Positions 9,476-17,520 of a DNA stretch of 64,000 nt are shown piece by piece. Within the stretch, counting starts at the first letter, position 1, and each line of letters starts with the position of its first letter. Both the position numbers and the translations under genes were made by a program. The stretch is taken from assembly GCA_028711065.1 (NCBI GenBank), contig JAQTSY010000002.1:73779-137778 (forward strand). The letters are read 5' to 3'. The notes beneath the pieces are model-generated. The model was not told the DNA's origin and did not search any database. It saw nothing but the letters and a program-made list of their open reading frames with translations. Source of the stretch: Minisyncoccota bacterium. GTDB lineage: Bacteria; Patescibacteriota; Minisyncoccia; Phycocordibacterales; JAQTLZ01.

Positions 9476-10024
9476 ATGGATTCAGTAAAAGAAAAACAGA
9501 ATAAAGCTTTTGAGCATCTCAAAACAAAGATGCATTATAAGAACGCAATGCAAGCGCCAAAGATGGTGAAGGTTGTGGTGAGCGCTGGCGTTGGTTCAAT
9601 GAAAGACAAGAAGAAAATTGAGCTTGTTGCAAACCGACTGGCGAAAATCACCGGCCAGAAGCCGGCAGTTCGAGGCGCAAAGAAATCAATCGCATCTTTC
9701 AAAGTTAGACAGAATGATCCAGTTGGGTATCAGGTAACTATCCGAGGAACACGAATGTATGGATTTCTCGATAAGCTTTTGAATGTCGCCCTCCCTCGAA
9801 CTCGAGACTTCCGAGGACTTTCTAGGAAAGCAGTGGATGCGATGGGGAACTACACAATCGGAATCAAGGAGCACACCATTTTCCCAGAAACTCCGGATGA
9901 AGAAATCAAAGATGTGTTCGGTCTTGCAGTAACGCTCGTAACAAATGCAAAGAATCCAAAAGAAGCCGAAGCTTTTCTCGAATATATCGGATTGCCGTTG
10001 AAGAAAGAGGAAGTGAAGAAATAA
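9476..10024 (+). CDS. rplE: 50S ribosomal protein L5
   Basis: 182 aa matching L5. Confidence 0.94.
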   Translation: MDSVKEKQNKAFEHLKTKMHYKNAMQAPKMVKVVVSAGVGSMKDKKKIELVANRLAKITGQKPAVRGAKKSIASFKVRQNDPVGYQVTIRGTRMYGFLDKLLNVALPRTRDFRGLSRKAVDAMGNYTIGIKEHTIFPETPDEEIKDVFGLAVTLVTNAKNPKEAEAFLEYIGLPLKKEEVKK

Positions 10025-10026
10025 AC

Positions 10027-10056
10027 AAAAAAACCGCTTTCGCGGTTTTTTTGTTT
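10027..10056 (+). terminator. rho-independent terminator (AAAAAACCGCTTTCGCGGTTTTTTTG)
   Basis: GC stem with a T-tract directly after the rplE stop. Confidence 0.7.
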
Positions 10057-10111
10057 ATTTCTGTGGGAATCTTTTCTGGACATATAATACGTAAAGACAT
10101 AGCATATACCT

Positions 10112-10600
10112 ATGCTGAAAAAGATTTACATTTTTTGTATTGTAATTGGTATCATCTTGAACTTTATCCCTGGTGCGAGATTGTTTGGAGTTATACTAAT
10201 CGCTCTCGGGGTTATTCTTGGTTTGTTCTCCCTACCCAAAGCAGGAACTTCGTTCGCGCAGTCTACACCATCTTTACTTAACGTATGGTCTAGATACTAC
10301 GTTCCCTATGTAGGAATTCTTGTTCTCCTATTGGTACTTTACTTCTTTCTGGGGTCCTCATTGCCATTCTTGAGATTAGTCGTTGTGCTATATGCTGTTG
10401 TGGGTGGTCTTGGTTATAGATACTTAGCGCTTAGAACATCTGTCGGTCAAGCCAAAGATCGAATAAATGATTATCGATCTTCAGGCACATCCAGTGATGC
10501 CAAAGTTTACTACGCTCTTATTGCCATTAGTTTTATAGCAGTTATTATTTCCTCTTTTGTGGTCCCTTTGGTTTCGGTACTAATAAATAATCCTCACTAG
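10112..10600 (+). CDS. hypothetical integral membrane protein (about 4 TM) inserted between rplE and rpsZ
   Basis: Hydrophobic 162-aa ORF bounded by a terminator upstream and a promoter downstream. Confidence 0.5.
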   Translation: MLKKIYIFCIVIGIILNFIPGARLFGVILIALGVILGLFSLPKAGTSFAQSTPSLLNVWSRYYVPYVGILVLLLVLYFFLGSSLPFLRLVVVLYAVVGGLGYRYLALRTSVGQAKDRINDYRSSGTSSDAKVYYALIAISFIAVIISSFVVPLVSVLINNPH

Positions 10601-10630
10601 GGCTTTGAATTCAGGCTATTTTCTCTTTGT

Positions 10631-10659
10631 TTGACAGGGCTAACGCCCTTTGCTAGTAT
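10631..10659 (+). promoter_or_regulatory. sigma70-like promoter TTGACA-N17-TAGTAT, a paralogue of the 6366 promoter with a similar leader
   Basis: Identical hexamers and spacing. The downstream leader (TAGTATgttcgcaagctcttttggg) resembles the 6395-6420 leader (TAGTATcttgccaagttctcttgaggg). A ~250-nt structured leader precedes rpsZ. Confidence 0.6.
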
Positions 10660-10906
10660 GTTCGCAAGCTCTTTTGGGTGAGAAATGAGGTAAAACCCTC
10701 ATTTCGCAAGACCTTTTCAGGATTTTTTAAGTGTATTCACGAGGAAAAAGCCGAAAAGGTGTACAGTCCCTGTAAGGGATTTTTGTTTGCAGGGTGGGGC
10801 CTTTCTTACATACGCCAATCTACTGTATGTAAAAGTGGTACTGCCTATAATGCAAACATTAGACCAAAAAAGACGATTAACGTAAGTAATATAAGGGTAT
10901 TTTATT

Positions 10907-11092
10907 ATGGCAAAAACATCAGTTGTTGCGCGTTCAAAAAAGAAGCCAAAATTTGCATCTCGAGTTGTTCGACGATGTTTTCGATGCGGACGAAAGAACG
11001 GCTATATGCGCGATTTCGATATGTGCCGAATTTGTTTCCGAGAATTCGCGAATGAGGGAATGATCCCAGGTATCAAGAAGTCCAGTTGGTAA
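10907..11092 (+). CDS. rpsZ: 30S ribosomal protein S14, zinc-binding type Z (61 aa)
   Basis: CxxC...CxxC spacing (RCFRCGR...CRICFRE) in a short S14. Confidence 0.92.
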   Translation: MAKTSVVARSKKKPKFASRVVRRCFRCGRKNGYMRDFDMCRICFREFANEGMIPGIKKSSW

Positions 11093-11107
11093 TTTTCTAA
11101 AATCATC

Positions 11108-11500
11108 ATGTCAACCGATTTAATTTCAGATCTCATAATTCAACTCAAAAACGCAGGAGACGCCGGCAAGGAAACTCTTTCTGTTTCTCATTCTGATTTG
11201 AAAGCTTCAATTTTGGAACTTCTCGCAAAGAGCGGTTACATCGCTTCTTTCACCAAGCGAGGAAAGAAAGTAAATAAATTTTTGGATGTTGTTCTTGCAA
11301 AGAAGGAAGGGATGCCACGAATCAGCGGAGTAAAAAGACTTTCTCATGTTTCTTCGCGACAATACAAAGGCGTAGCTGATATTCGACGAGTGAAGCAGGG
11401 ACACGGAATGATGGTGCTCACGACTCCAAAAGGAATTCTTTCTGATGTTGAAGCACGAAAGGAGAAAGTTGGAGGTGAAGCACTTTTCGAAATATGGTAA
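11108..11500 (+). CDS. rpsH: 30S ribosomal protein S8
   Basis: 130 aa matching S8. Confidence 0.93.
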   Translation: MSTDLISDLIIQLKNAGDAGKETLSVSHSDLKASILELLAKSGYIASFTKRGKKVNKFLDVVLAKKEGMPRISGVKRLSHVSSRQYKGVADIRRVKQGHGMMVLTTPKGILSDVEARKEKVGGEALFEIW

Positions 11501-11545
11501 AAAATTCGTAAAATCGGAGCACTTCTTCGTTGGTTCGGGTCGAAG

Positions 11546-11610
11546 GCTTCCTCGCAGTAGGTCATCTACAGCTCGGTCGCACTTCTCCCTCCCGCCTCGA
11601 ATTGCTCACA
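11546..11610 (+). repeat. conserved ~65-nt intergenic motif (copy 1) between rpsH and rplF: GCTTCCtCGCAGTAGGTcaTCTACAGCtcGGTCGC...GCCTCGAAtTGCTCA
   Basis: About 75% identity with 15133-15199, including a 30-nt near-identical core with a small GTAG/CTAC hairpin. Confidence 0.6.
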
Positions 11611-11632
11611 ATTTAACAAATTTTAAAAAAAT

Positions 11633-12163
11633 ATGTCACGTATAGGTAAAAAAGTAATATCAGTTCCAGAAAAGACCGAAGTGAAGATCGGTACTGGTGT
11701 TATGTCCGTCAAAGGCCCTCTTGGAGAACTTTCACGTCCTTTCAAACACAGTGATGTAAAGATTGCTTTGGCTGATGGCAAAATCACTTTGACTCCAGTC
11801 GGCGAAGATTCAGGAGCTCTTTGGGGTACTTACTCTGCGCACCTCACCAACATGATCAAAGGTGTTCATACACCTTTCCAGAAGAAGCTCATCATCGAAG
11901 GAGTGGGATACAAGTGGGATGTGAAGGGAGAGGAACTCAATTTGGCTCTCGGATTTTCTCATCCAGTGAAACTCAAAATTCCAAAAGGATTGAAAGTGGT
12001 TGCTGAAAAAGGAAATCTCACTATTTCTGGCAATGATGTCGAAATGGTAGGACACTTTACTGCGAAAGTGCGAGATTTGAAAAAGCCTGAACCATACAAA
12101 GGAAAAGGAATCCGATACAGCGATGAAGTTATCCGACGCAAGGCTGGTAAGAAGACAACATAA
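11633..12163 (+). CDS. rplF: 50S ribosomal protein L6
   Basis: 176 aa matching L6. Confidence 0.94.
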   Translation: MSRIGKKVISVPEKTEVKIGTGVMSVKGPLGELSRPFKHSDVKIALADGKITLTPVGEDSGALWGTYSAHLTNMIKGVHTPFQKKLIIEGVGYKWDVKGEELNLALGFSHPVKLKIPKGLKVVAEKGNLTISGNDVEMVGHFTAKVRDLKKPEPYKGKGIRYSDEVIRRKAGKKTT

Positions 12164-12168
12164 TTTCC

Positions 12169-12525
12169 ATGAAATCTGCTAACACAAAATCAGAAAAGAG
12201 AATTCGACGACACAAGAAGATCCGCAGCTCCGTCTCCGGAAGCGCAGAGAAGCCTCGTCTTTCGGTTTTCAAATCAAACAAGCATCTCTATGCACAGCTT
12301 ATTGATGATGACTCACAGAAAACGCTCGCTGTCTTTTCGTCTCTCAATTTGAAAGATTCAAAGAAGAAAATTTCTGAACAGGCAATTGAAATTGGAAAAG
12401 AATTGGCAAAGATCGCAAAAGCAAAGGGAGTGACGAAAGTCGTTTTTGACCGAGGAGGTTTCGTTTATCAAGGCAAAATTAAAGCTCTTGCAGACGGAGC
12501 TCGTGAAGGGGGATTGATATTTTAA
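12169..12525 (+). CDS. rplR: 50S ribosomal protein L18
   Basis: 118 aa matching L18. Confidence 0.92.
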   Translation: MKSANTKSEKRIRRHKKIRSSVSGSAEKPRLSVFKSNKHLYAQLIDDDSQKTLAVFSSLNLKDSKKKISEQAIEIGKELAKIAKAKGVTKVVFDRGGFVYQGKIKALADGAREGGLIF

Positions 12526-12533
12526 TTAAACAT

Positions 12534-13208
12534 ATGTCAGACGAAAATACACAACCAAATACAGCTCCAGTAGCACCTACAGCTCCACAAGCTCCTGTAG
12601 CAGGTGCTCCAATGAGCGGCGCTCCAATGCCACGAGGCGGTGCACGACCTCAAGGCGGTCAGAGAACTTTTGAAAAGAATCCTCGACGAAATACCCGAAA
12701 GCCGGGAGGACGAGATGGCGGACGCACAAAGCCAGAATTTGATCAGAAAATCATTTCTATTCGACGTGTGACTCGAGTTGCTTCCGGAGGACGACGATTC
12801 AGCTTCTCTGTGGCGCTTGTTGCAGGAAACCGAAAAGGCTCTGTGGGAGTAGGAATTGGAAAAGGAGCAGATACATCGCTTGCAATCGACAAAGCTGTCC
12901 GAAATGCAAAGAAGCATATGATCAAGCTCGCGCTCACAAAGACTATGTCTATTCCGCACGAAGTTGATGCAAAGTTCAATGCTTCACGAGTTGTTTTGAA
13001 GCCAGCACGAGGACGAGGAGTTTCAGCAGGAAGCTCTGTACGAAACGTTATCGAGCTTGCAGGTATCACCGACATCAGCGCGAAAATTCTTTCCCGAAGT
13101 AAGAATCATTTGAATAATGCGCAGGTTGCGATCATGGCATTGTCAGAGTTTAGAGATAAGACAAAGAAAGTTCTTGCTGCACCGACACTTCAGAAAGAAC
13201 AGCGATAA
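12534..13208 (+). CDS. rpsE: 30S ribosomal protein S5 with a ~60-aa P/A/G-rich N-terminal extension
   Basis: S5 core (IRRVTRVASGGRRFSFSVALVAGN...). Confidence 0.93.
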   Translation: MSDENTQPNTAPVAPTAPQAPVAGAPMSGAPMPRGGARPQGGQRTFEKNPRRNTRKPGGRDGGRTKPEFDQKIISIRRVTRVASGGRRFSFSVALVAGNRKGSVGVGIGKGADTSLAIDKAVRNAKKHMIKLALTKTMSIPHEVDAKFNASRVVLKPARGRGVSAGSSVRNVIELAGITDISAKILSRSKNHLNNAQVAIMALSEFRDKTKKVLAAPTLQKEQR

Positions 13209-13222
13209 TTTCAAAAAATAGC

Positions 13223-13807
13223 ATGCAAACCCATAATCTAAAAAGAGTTCATGAGCTTATCACGCACTATCAAGTAGGGCGAGGGGGGAAGCGCGGAAAA
13301 ACATCTGGCCGAGGAGGCAAGGGACAGACTGCTCGAGCGGGAAACAAGAGACGACCAGAGCTTCGAGACCTCATCAAAAAGCTTCCAAAGATGCGAGGAA
13401 GAGGGAAGAACAGCAACAAAACGATCGATTTCCGAAAAGTATACCCAATCAACCTCGATCTTATCGAAGTAGGCTACAATGCTGGAGAAGTAGTTTCTCC
13501 AAAGACGCTTCTTGAAAAAGGTGTAGTTCCTCTTGTAAAAGGAAATCTTCCTCTCGTAAAAATTCTTTCTATGGGGGAAATCACAAAGCGTGTTACAGTA
13601 GAAGGATGCGAGATTTCAGCCGGAGCGAAGGCAAAAATTGAAAAGGCTGGAGGGACAGCACCCGCACTTCTCGTTCAGCTTCCAAAGCGTGCTCCTATTA
13701 AAGTAGTTGTAAAAGAAGCTCCAAAAGCGAAGGCTCCCGCAAAGGCAAAACCAGCTCCCGCAAAAGAAAAGGCTCCAGCGAAGGAAAAAGTTGCCGTTAA
13801 AAAATAA
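13223..13807 (+). CDS. rplO: 50S ribosomal protein L15 with a C-terminal KAPAKAK repeat tail; it directly follows rpsE with no rpmD (L30) between
   Basis: L15 core. Only 14 nt separate rpsE from rplO. Confidence 0.92.
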   Translation: MQTHNLKRVHELITHYQVGRGGKRGKTSGRGGKGQTARAGNKRRPELRDLIKKLPKMRGRGKNSNKTIDFRKVYPINLDLIEVGYNAGEVVSPKTLLEKGVVPLVKGNLPLVKILSMGEITKRVTVEGCEISAGAKAKIEKAGGTAPALLVQLPKRAPIKVVVKEAPKAKAPAKAKPAPAKEKAPAKEKVAVKK

Positions 13808-13819
13808 GTTTTTCACACA

Positions 13820-15091
13820 ATGGATAATTTCTTCTCCAAATTAAAGCTCATTATCGCGGATAAGAGCATTAGAAATCGAGTACTCTTTACACTCGGTGCT
13901 TTGATTATCTTTCGACTGCTCGCAAACATCCCAATTCCTGGAATTGACGTCGCGCGACTGCAAGCTTTCTTCGCAAACAGCCAGTTTTTGGGACTTTTGA
14001 ATGTATTTTCTGGAGGTGGGCTTTCAAACCTTTCTCTCATTATGCTCGGAGTCGGTCCGTACATCACTGCATCTATCATCATGCAGCTTTTGACCATGAT
14101 GGTGCCGAAGCTCAAGGCGATGTATCAGGAAGAGGGTGAAGCAGGACGCGCAAAATTTGCACAGTACTCCCGTCTTGTCGGCGTACCGCTCGCATTTCTC
14201 CAGGCGTTCGGCTTTCTCCTCCTTCTTCAGAAGCAGGGAATTGTGCCGTCTCTCGGAGGTTTTGCTCTGGCCGTAAATGTTATCGTCATTGCCGGAGGCT
14301 CTGTCCTTCTCATGTGGATCGGAGAACTTATCACTGAATTTGGAATTGGAAACGGAGTTTCGCTCATCATCTTTGCCGGAATCGTGGCAAGAATCCCAAC
14401 AGCAATGAGCCAAGCGCTTGTTTCTTTCGATGCTTCACAAATTCCTGTCTATATCGGTTTCTTGGCTGCCGCCGTAGCGATTATCTTTGGTGTCGTCATC
14501 ATTACTGAAGGCGAACGGCCAATTCCAGTCACGTATGCAAAGCGAGTCCGTGGAATGAAAGTGTATGGAGGAACTTCGACATATCTTCCTCTTCGATTGA
14601 ATCAAGCTGGAGTTATTCCAATTATTTTCGCACTTTCAATTTTGCTCTTCCCACAGATGATTTTCAATTTCCTTTCTTCGACAGGGAACGCGACGATAAG
14701 CGCTATTGGTACATTCGTCCTTGCTGTTATCGCAAACAAGTGGATTTATGCGCTTGCGTATTTCATCCTCGTATTTCTCTTTACTTATTTCTACACAGCA
14801 GTTACTTTCGATCCAGATTCTATTTCAGAAAATCTCCAGAAGAACGGCGCGTTCATTCCAGGAGTTCGCCCAGGACAATCCACTTCAGCGCATATTTATA
14901 AAATCTTGAATCGTCTCACGCTTTTCGGCGCACTTTTCCTCGGTATTATTGCTGTGCTTCCGCTCGCAATGCAGGCCCTCACAGGAATTCAATCTCTTGC
15001 TATTGGAGGTACTGCGCTTCTCATTGTTGTTTCTGTAGTTCTCGACTTGATGAAAAAAGTAGACGCTCAAATCAGTATGCGCGAATATTAA
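13820..15091 (+). CDS. secY: preprotein translocase subunit SecY
   Basis: 423 aa, 10 TM, SecY homology. Confidence 0.96.
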   Translation: MDNFFSKLKLIIADKSIRNRVLFTLGALIIFRLLANIPIPGIDVARLQAFFANSQFLGLLNVFSGGGLSNLSLIMLGVGPYITASIIMQLLTMMVPKLKAMYQEEGEAGRAKFAQYSRLVGVPLAFLQAFGFLLLLQKQGIVPSLGGFALAVNVIVIAGGSVLLMWIGELITEFGIGNGVSLIIFAGIVARIPTAMSQALVSFDASQIPVYIGFLAAAVAIIFGVVIITEGERPIPVTYAKRVRGMKVYGGTSTYLPLRLNQAGVIPIIFALSILLFPQMIFNFLSSTGNATISAIGTFVLAVIANKWIYALAYFILVFLFTYFYTAVTFDPDSISENLQKNGAFIPGVRPGQSTSAHIYKILNRLTLFGALFLGIIAVLPLAMQALTGIQSLAIGGTALLIVVSVVLDLMKKVDAQISMREY

Positions 15092-15741
15092 AAGCTCGAA
15101 TCTGGCGAATTTCATCGTTACCAAAAAATTTCGCTTCCGTGCAGTAGGTTCACTACAGCGTGGTCGCGAAATTTTTTGTTGCCTCGAACTTCGCTCATAT
15201 TCGGGCTTTTAGTGGCCACTTCATTCTTGTGGGTTTTTTTAAATTTATTTAAATCGACGCGAACCGGGAACCCCCGTTACGTTTTTTTGTTGCCTCTTTC
15301 GTCGTTAGTGGTAGGATGAAATCTGGCCGCAAAGAAAGGAGGTGCATCACGATTACGAGAATCGCCTGAAAATCCGGCTTTCAGCGAGCTCCCAGTGGGT
15401 CTCTCCAGGCGAAAATCTGAGGGATTCAAAAGCCTTGTCAAATGGGGGCAACGTTCTCCGGTAAAGAAAAATTAGTGTCGCGCGCGGAGGTCACCAAACC
15501 GGTTGGCATAGAAGCGCGTGTAAGTGGAAGCGGGAATTGCTGTTGTCTCCCCCGGGAACGTCTAAAGGCATCTCCCTGGATTTTGTTTTCCAGGAAAACG
15601 ACAGGTGGAGAATTTTCTCCAAGGGCACGCCAGGTGCCCCAGAAGAACGAACCTATGGTTTCGACTTGGCGAGTGAGGGCGGTGGTGAGAAATCCACCGC
15701 TCTTTTTAATTAGGCTGTTTTTTGCTACTATAAGCCGTATT
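15092..15741. other. about 650-nt noncoding GC-enriched region between secY and adk; candidate structured RNA(s); no credible ORF
   Basis: Six-frame ORFs here are low-complexity N-terminal extensions or antisense. A perfect 13-bp stem (CAAAAAATTTCGC/GCGAAATTTTTTG) lies at 15121-15178. A second copy of the conserved motif shared with 11546-11610 is present. Confidence 0.5.
15133..15199 (+). repeat. conserved ~65-nt intergenic motif (copy 2) downstream of secY, embedded in the loop of a 13-bp perfect stem
   Basis: See copy 1. Confidence 0.6.
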
Positions 15742-16329
15742 ATGGCACCCAAGACATTCATTATGATTGGCCGATCTGGCTGTGGAAAGGGCACTCAAGC
15801 TGACCTTCTTTTGGCGCACCTCAAAGAAAAAACTGGTCTCAATGGCTATCATCTCGAGACTGGCAAGAAATTCCGCGAATTCATTCAGTCAAAAGGCTAC
15901 ACTAGCGGGCTTTCTCGACAGATCATTGAGGAAGGGGGGCTTCAGCCTGAATTTCTTGCTATTTGGAATTGGGCGAGTTCTCTTATCGAAAATCTGACTC
16001 CTGATGTGCACCTTGTTCTCGATGGTGCTCCACGAAAGCTGTTTGAAGCGGAAGTTTTGAATCTTGCGCTTGAATTTTATAAACGAGAAAATCCTGCAGT
16101 TATATTTTTGAATGTCAGCGAAAATTGGGCACGCGAGCGACTCATGGAGAGAGCGCGAGGAGATGATAAGAAAGATAGCATTAACAAAAGGCTTGCATGG
16201 TATGAAACTGAAGTGCTTCCTGTTGTCGAGTTTTTCAAAAAGAAAAAGAATTACCATTTTCTTGAAATAAATGGCGAACAGCCGATCGAAAAAGTGCAGG
16301 CAGATATTCTCAAAGGTCTCCGTATTTGA
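15742..16329 (+). CDS. adk: adenylate kinase (Zn-lid-less short form)
   Basis: GRSGCGKGTQA P-loop. The start was reassigned from the listed 15442 to the ATG at 15742. Confidence 0.9.
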   Translation: MAPKTFIMIGRSGCGKGTQADLLLAHLKEKTGLNGYHLETGKKFREFIQSKGYTSGLSRQIIEEGGLQPEFLAIWNWASSLIENLTPDVHLVLDGAPRKLFEAEVLNLALEFYKRENPAVIFLNVSENWARERLMERARGDDKKDSINKRLAWYETEVLPVVEFFKKKKNYHFLEINGEQPIEKVQADILKGLRI

Positions 16330-16334
16330 TTTTA

Positions 16335-16369
16335 AGCTAATAGCTACCAGCTAAAAGCTACAAGCTACC
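16335..16369 (+). repeat. 5 x 7-nt heptamer repeat AGCTAnn (copy 3), between adk and map
   Basis: AGCTAAT AGCTACC AGCTAAA AGCTACA AGCTACC. Confidence 0.7.
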
Positions 16370-16372
16370 CTG

Positions 16373-17140
16373 ATGGTTACAAAAAAGACAGAAAAAGATA
16401 TCGAATACCTGCGCGAAGGTGGAAAGCGTCTTGCTTTCATTTTAAAAGAACTTCAGAAGAAAGTTGCTCCGGGAGTAACCGGGCAGGAGCTTGAAGATTT
16501 TGCCCGAAAGCTCACCGAAGAAGGGGGAGACAAACCCGCATTTCTCGGTCACATGTCCAAACACGATAAAGTTCCATATCCAGCAGGACTCTGTCTTTCT
16601 ATTAACGACGAAGTGGTGCATAGCCCTGCGACTGGCGAAGGTAAGGTTATTAAAGAAGGAGATGTCGTAAGTCTCGATTATGGAATTATTCACAAAGGAC
16701 TTTACACTGATTCTGCTGTCACGGTGGCTGTCGGAAAAGTTGATGCTGTTGCGAAAAAACTTTTGAGCGTTACCAAAAAAGCTCTGGAGATCGGTATCAA
16801 AGAATGTAAAAACGGAAACACAACGGGAGATATTGGTTTTGCAATTGAGGAATACGTGAAGCCTTACAAATTTGGCATTATCCGAGAGCTTGCGGGACAT
16901 GGAGTTGGTTATAAAGTGCACGAGGACCCCTACATCCCCAATTACGGCAAAAAGGGCACAGGAGAGAAGCTTTTCCCTGGCATGGTGATTGCCATAGAAC
17001 CGATGCTTAATGAAGGAACAGCCGATATTAAGCTTGCAGAAGATGGATTTACCTATAAAACGCGGGACGGCAAGCGCGGAGCTCACTTTGAACACACCAT
17101 TCTTATCACAGAGGGAAAGCCTGAAATACTCACCAAATAG
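16373..17140 (+). CDS. map: methionine aminopeptidase type I
   Basis: 255 aa with MetAP metal-ligand pattern (D...D...H...E...E). Confidence 0.93.
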   Translation: MVTKKTEKDIEYLREGGKRLAFILKELQKKVAPGVTGQELEDFARKLTEEGGDKPAFLGHMSKHDKVPYPAGLCLSINDEVVHSPATGEGKVIKEGDVVSLDYGIIHKGLYTDSAVTVAVGKVDAVAKKLLSVTKKALEIGIKECKNGNTTGDIGFAIEEYVKPYKFGIIRELAGHGVGYKVHEDPYIPNYGKKGTGEKLFPGMVIAIEPMLNEGTADIKLAEDGFTYKTRDGKRGAHFEHTILITEGKPEILTK

Positions 17141-17209
17141 GCTCTAGGAGCGCTATCTTTTTTGAATATCTGCCGATATAATACTTGTAAACAAGTAACC
17201 TTTATTTAT

Positions 17210-17512
17210 ATGGAAAATTTTCAAAATGAAGATGAACTTTTGAAGGCAAATCCGCTTTTACAGCCATCTGGACATGTTCACTCGGAGCCAACAGATGAAG
17301 ATTTAGAGAGACATACCAAGGAAGTGGAAAGAGAAAATGCAACAAAGGAAACTGTTGTTATTCCAAAACAACGAACTGCTTCAGGGCGTGCCACGATGGA
17401 AACAGCTGTTATAGAAAAGCCCGAGCCGGGCAATGCTATTGTTGATCTGCCTCCGGATGATGCGTATGACTGGAAAGTTTACAAGAAGATGACAGGAAAA
17501 GGTAAAAAGTAG
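17210..17512 (+). CDS. hypothetical acidic small protein
   Basis: ORF immediately upstream of, and probably co-transcribed with, the large ATPase. Confidence 0.35.
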   Translation: MENFQNEDELLKANPLLQPSGHVHSEPTDEDLERHTKEVERENATKETVVIPKQRTASGRATMETAVIEKPEPGNAIVDLPPDDAYDWKVYKKMTGKGKK

Positions 17513-17520
17513 AGTTCATT

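Noticed and set aside
15092-15741. RNase P RNA, SRP RNA or 6S RNA in the secY-adk spacer
   Set aside because: I could not find the universally conserved P4 strands (AGGAAAGUCCGG / ACAGAACCCGGCUUA), the GGUAAGAGCGCACC region or SRP domain IV motifs on either strand. It is left as an unclassified structured-RNA candidate.
15442-16329. Listed 295-aa ORF with a 100-aa N-terminal extension of adk
   Set aside because: The extension is low-complexity and lies in the GC-rich noncoding spacer. The ATG at 15742 gives a canonical adenylate kinase N-terminus (MAPKTFIMIGRSGCGKGTQ).
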